This document shows positions 17,958 to 20,533 of a stretch of 20,533 bases of DNA, piece after piece. Every line of letters begins with the position of its first letter. The stretch's first letter is position 1. Under the pieces are notes generated by a model. That model did not search any database. It had not been told where the DNA came from and worked only from the letters and a program-made list of their open reading frames with translations. The DNA comes from Candidatus Sulfobium sp. (GTDB lineage: Bacteria; Nitrospirota; Thermodesulfovibrionia; Thermodesulfovibrionales; UBA6898), in the NCBI GenBank assembly GCA_037380845.1, contig JARRRI010000010.1:1-20533 (forward strand). The letters are read 5' to 3'. Both the position numbers and the translations under genes were made by a program.

Positions 17958-18617
17958 ATGGCTATTACGAAGAAGCAGATAGTCGATCTCTACCGCCTGA
18001 GGTCGCGCCGTTATGAAGTCACCGCAAACCTGTATTACCTGATAGGCTTCAGAGAACAGTCATACCGGAACAAGGCGGTGAGGGCTCTCAATCTCAGTCC
18101 CGGCGATACGGTCGTTGAGATAGGCTGCGGAACAGGGCTTAACTTCACCCTCTTGCAGAGTGCCGTCGGGCCCGGCGGGAGGATCATAGGAGTTGACCTG
18201 ACGGATTCCATGCTGGATCAGGCCCGTAACAGGATAAAGAAAGAGTCATGGTCCAACGTGGAACTGGTGCAGGGCGATGCTGCCTCCTACGTTTTTCCCC
18301 GCGGCATTGACGGCATTATTTCGACCTTCGCGCTCACTCTTGTCCCTGAGTTTGATACTGTCATCCGGAACGGGTGCGAAGCCCTGAAGGAGAGAAAACG
18401 CTGGGTGGTCCTGGACTTCAAGATGCCCGCACCACCTTTTTCTTCTCTTGCCCCTCTCTTCCTTTATCTCACGAAGCCCTTCGGAGTAAGCCTGGACCTG
18501 GCAAGCCGTCATCCGTGGGAGTCCATACACAGATATCTCCGGCACCCGTCCATGATTGAGCATTATATGGGCTTCGTATACATTGCTACCGGGGAAAAAG
18601 GAGGGAGTGGATGCTGA
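17958..18617 (+). CDS. Class I SAM-dependent methyltransferase
   Basis: VVEIGCGTG motif I, IIGVDLTDSML, VELVQGDA, DGIISTFAL. Confidence 0.9.
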   Translation: MAITKKQIVDLYRLRSRRYEVTANLYYLIGFREQSYRNKAVRALNLSPGDTVVEIGCGTGLNFTLLQSAVGPGGRIIGVDLTDSMLDQARNRIKKESWSNVELVQGDAASYVFPRGIDGIISTFALTLVPEFDTVIRNGCEALKERKRWVVLDFKMPAPPFSSLAPLFLYLTKPFGVSLDLASRHPWESIHRYLRHPSMIEHYMGFVYIATGEKGGSGC

Positions 18618-18632
18618 CCGGCTGGAGGTAGC

Positions 18633-19004
18633 ATGGTCCTCATGCCCTTGTTGATGTTTCTCCCCCTGCTGGCCTTGCCGATATTCTGGCTATTGCCGCT
18701 GGCTGAGGCTCTGCCGATTTACCTGTGTCTCGTCGCCCTCTCTGCGGCGATGATGTGGGTCATGCGGAAAACAATGAAGATGCCCTCAAGAACAGGGGCG
18801 GAATATCTGGTCGGCAGAGAGGCGAAGGTGGTTTCCAGATCGGGACCTGGATACGGGACGCAGTACCAGGTCCGAGTTGACGGAGAGTTGTGGTCCGCCA
18901 GAAGCAGCGATGCTCTGGCACCCGGTGACAGCGTAACAGTCGCAGAGATCAAGAGCAACGTCCTTATCGTGGAACGCAAATCTAAATCTCACTCGCACGA
19001 TTAA
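18633..19004 (+). CDS. Short NfeD-like membrane protein (C-terminal OB-fold, YbbJ type)
   Basis: Two N-terminal TM segments, then TGAEYLVGREAKV...VRVDGELWSARS...GDSVTV...VLIV; SD GGAGG. Confidence 0.87.
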   Translation: MVLMPLLMFLPLLALPIFWLLPLAEALPIYLCLVALSAAMMWVMRKTMKMPSRTGAEYLVGREAKVVSRSGPGYGTQYQVRVDGELWSARSSDALAPGDSVTVAEIKSNVLIVERKSKSHSHD

Positions 19005-19179
19005 CTGATCGCTCACACTGCGGTTAGGTTTGTTCCATCTGAGCCGTACTGGCCGATCATCGGCATGGTCGACATGCTGCCCTTCGTGCGGAACGGACAG
19101 GGGACGGTGAGGGCTGCCGGCAGTCCCGCCTTCACAAAATGCAGATACTGTGCTAGCCTAAAGTCAGGACAAAAAGACC

Positions 19180-19482
19180 ATGAAGACGGTTACAGCGATC
19201 GTAAGGACAGACAGTCTCGAAGAAATAGTGAAATCCCTGGAGGAAAAGGGCATCAGGGGCATGACAATTACCGAAATCATGGGCGTCGGGCAGGAAGTCC
19301 GCCTGTACAAGCCTTACACTATCCACAACAGGATCGAGATCATCGTGCCTGACGAAAAAGTGGACGAGGTCACAGGGGCCATCCTCCAGCACGGACAGAC
19401 AGGATTTGCCGGCGACGGCCTTATCGGGGTCTATCCCATGGACTATATGATAAAGATAAGGACGGGCGAAAAGAAGACGTGA
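19180..19482 (+). CDS. PII-family signalling protein with shortened T-loop
   Basis: MKxVxAIVR...GIRGMTITEIxGxG...IEIIVPDEKVDEV...TGxxGDGxI...IRTGE; 100 aa versus 112 for GlnB/GlnK. Confidence 0.9.
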   Translation: MKTVTAIVRTDSLEEIVKSLEEKGIRGMTITEIMGVGQEVRLYKPYTIHNRIEIIVPDEKVDEVTGAILQHGQTGFAGDGLIGVYPMDYMIKIRTGEKKT

Positions 19483-19501
19483 TGGCCGCCAAAGCTGTCT
19501 G

Positions 19502-20533
19502 ATGAAAAGAGACCCGGTCTGCAACATGGAGGTGCGGGAAGAAGACGCCGTCACCGCAGAGTGTGACGGCGAGATCTTCTATTTCTGTTCCGAAGGCTGC
19601 AGAGACAAGTTTCTTGAGGAGAGGACCTGCAAAGTGCCTCGCAGGTCCTACGATCTCATAATACTGGGCGCAGGACCTGCGGGACTTACAGCGGGCGTTT
19701 ACGCCGCAACTCTGCGTGTCGATGCCTTCCTCATAGGGAAAGACCTTGGTGGCCAGGCTGTCGACAGCACGAAGATCGAAAATTATATGGGTTATGACTT
19801 TATCACGGGCCCGGAACTCGTCGAAAAATTCCAGTATCAGCTGATCAATTCCCACTATATCGACCACTTGATTGGTGAGGTGGAAAGGGTCGAGGCCGTC
19901 AAAGGCGGCTTCAACGTGACGACGGCGGAACTGGTTAGCTACTTTGCGAGGACCGTCATTATCGCAACCGGCATGAACAGAAGGAAACTCGGAGTACCGG
20001 GAGAGGAGGCTTTTCAGCGGAGGGGAGTATTCTACGGGAACATCCAGGATTTTTCCTTCGTCAGTGAAGCGCCGGTCGCAGTTATCGGGGGAGGGAACTC
20101 CGCGCTCCAGATGGTGGAAAACCTTCAAGGAGTTGCAGGGGACATCCATCTGGTTTCAAGGGGGGAACTCACAGCCGACCCGGTAATCATTGAACGGGTA
20201 AAGTGTTTCGAGAACCTTCACATTTACGAAGGCTACAAAGTACTGGAGTTGACCGGCGACAGTTTGCTTTCAAAAATAACGATACGTAAGACAGGCACTG
20301 AAGGGAGCGAAAAGATTCCTGTGAGGGGCGTTTTTATATCGATCGGCCTGCAGCCGAATACCTTTCCGGTCTCACACCTCGTCGACTCCAACGAGCGCGG
20401 CGAGATCCTTATCGGTCCGGATTGCAGCACCTCCCGTCCGGGACTTTTCGCGGCGGGAGACGTCACAAACGCCTTCGGGAAAAGGATTATCATCGCTTCG
20501 GGCGAAGGCGCGAAGGCAGCTCTTGCTGCGAGG
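19502..20533 (+). CDS. YHS domain fused to a thioredoxin-reductase/AhpF-like FAD oxidoreductase lacking CXXC (3' partial)
   Basis: Manual translation is open to the window end: MKRDPVCNM...FYFCSEGCRDKF (YHS), YDLIILGAGPAGLTAGVYA, GGQ...IENYMG, IIATG, RGVFYGNIQD, VAVIGGGNSA, GLFAAGDVT, ASGEGAKAA. Confidence 0.92.
   Translation, partial: MKRDPVCNMEVREEDAVTAECDGEIFYFCSEGCRDKFLEERTCKVPRRSYDLIILGAGPAGLTAGVYAATLRVDAFLIGKDLGGQAVDSTKIENYMGYDFITGPELVEKFQYQLINSHYIDHLIGEVERVEAVKGGFNVTTAELVSYFARTVIIATGMNRRKLGVPGEEAFQRRGVFYGNIQDFSFVSEAPVAVIGGGNSALQMVENLQGVAGDIHLVSRGELTADPVIIERVKCFENLHIYEGYKVLELTGDSLLSKITIRKTGTEGSEKIPVRGVFISIGLQPNTFPVSHLVDSNERGEILIGPDCSTSRPGLFAAGDVTNAFGKRIIIASGEGAKAALAAR

Noticed and set aside
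19421..20493. - strand ORFs 19421-20149 and 20233-20493
   Set aside because: Shadows of the + strand YHS-TrxR-like gene, which the track missed because it has no stop in the window.

Overview
Bacterial accessory region from a probable anaerobe or microaerophile (gene content is Desulfobacterota/Nitrospirota-like; this is inference). It has four parts. (1) The end of a + strand operon: a ~15-heme paired-CXXCH cytochrome c, a TPR protein, and a TlpA-like/TPR fusion whose CXXC is replaced by SXXS. (2) A - strand Cu(I)/Ag(I) RND efflux operon (YtkA/FixH-like gene, cusC, cusB, cusA) behind a PhoB/OmpR-type direct-repeat promoter. (3) Oxidative and metal stress genes: a 44-aa desulforedoxin missing from the ORF track, a tandem DUF1566 protein, a CopA P1B-ATPase and a heme catalase. 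(4) A cluster of standalone YHS, SAM methyltransferase, NfeD-like, T-loop-truncated PII and a YHS-thioredoxin-reductase-like fusion that lacks the catalytic CXXC (runs off the window end; absent from the ORF track). The cluster in (4) shares a promoter motif and a closely related YHS domain with copA and is the best candidate for an undescribed copper/redox system. Non-coding highlights: a 129-bp IS3-like MITE candidate with a GAT target duplication, REP/dRS3-like palindromes around the desulforedoxin gene, and a possible regulated sRNA or leader near 16.7 kb.
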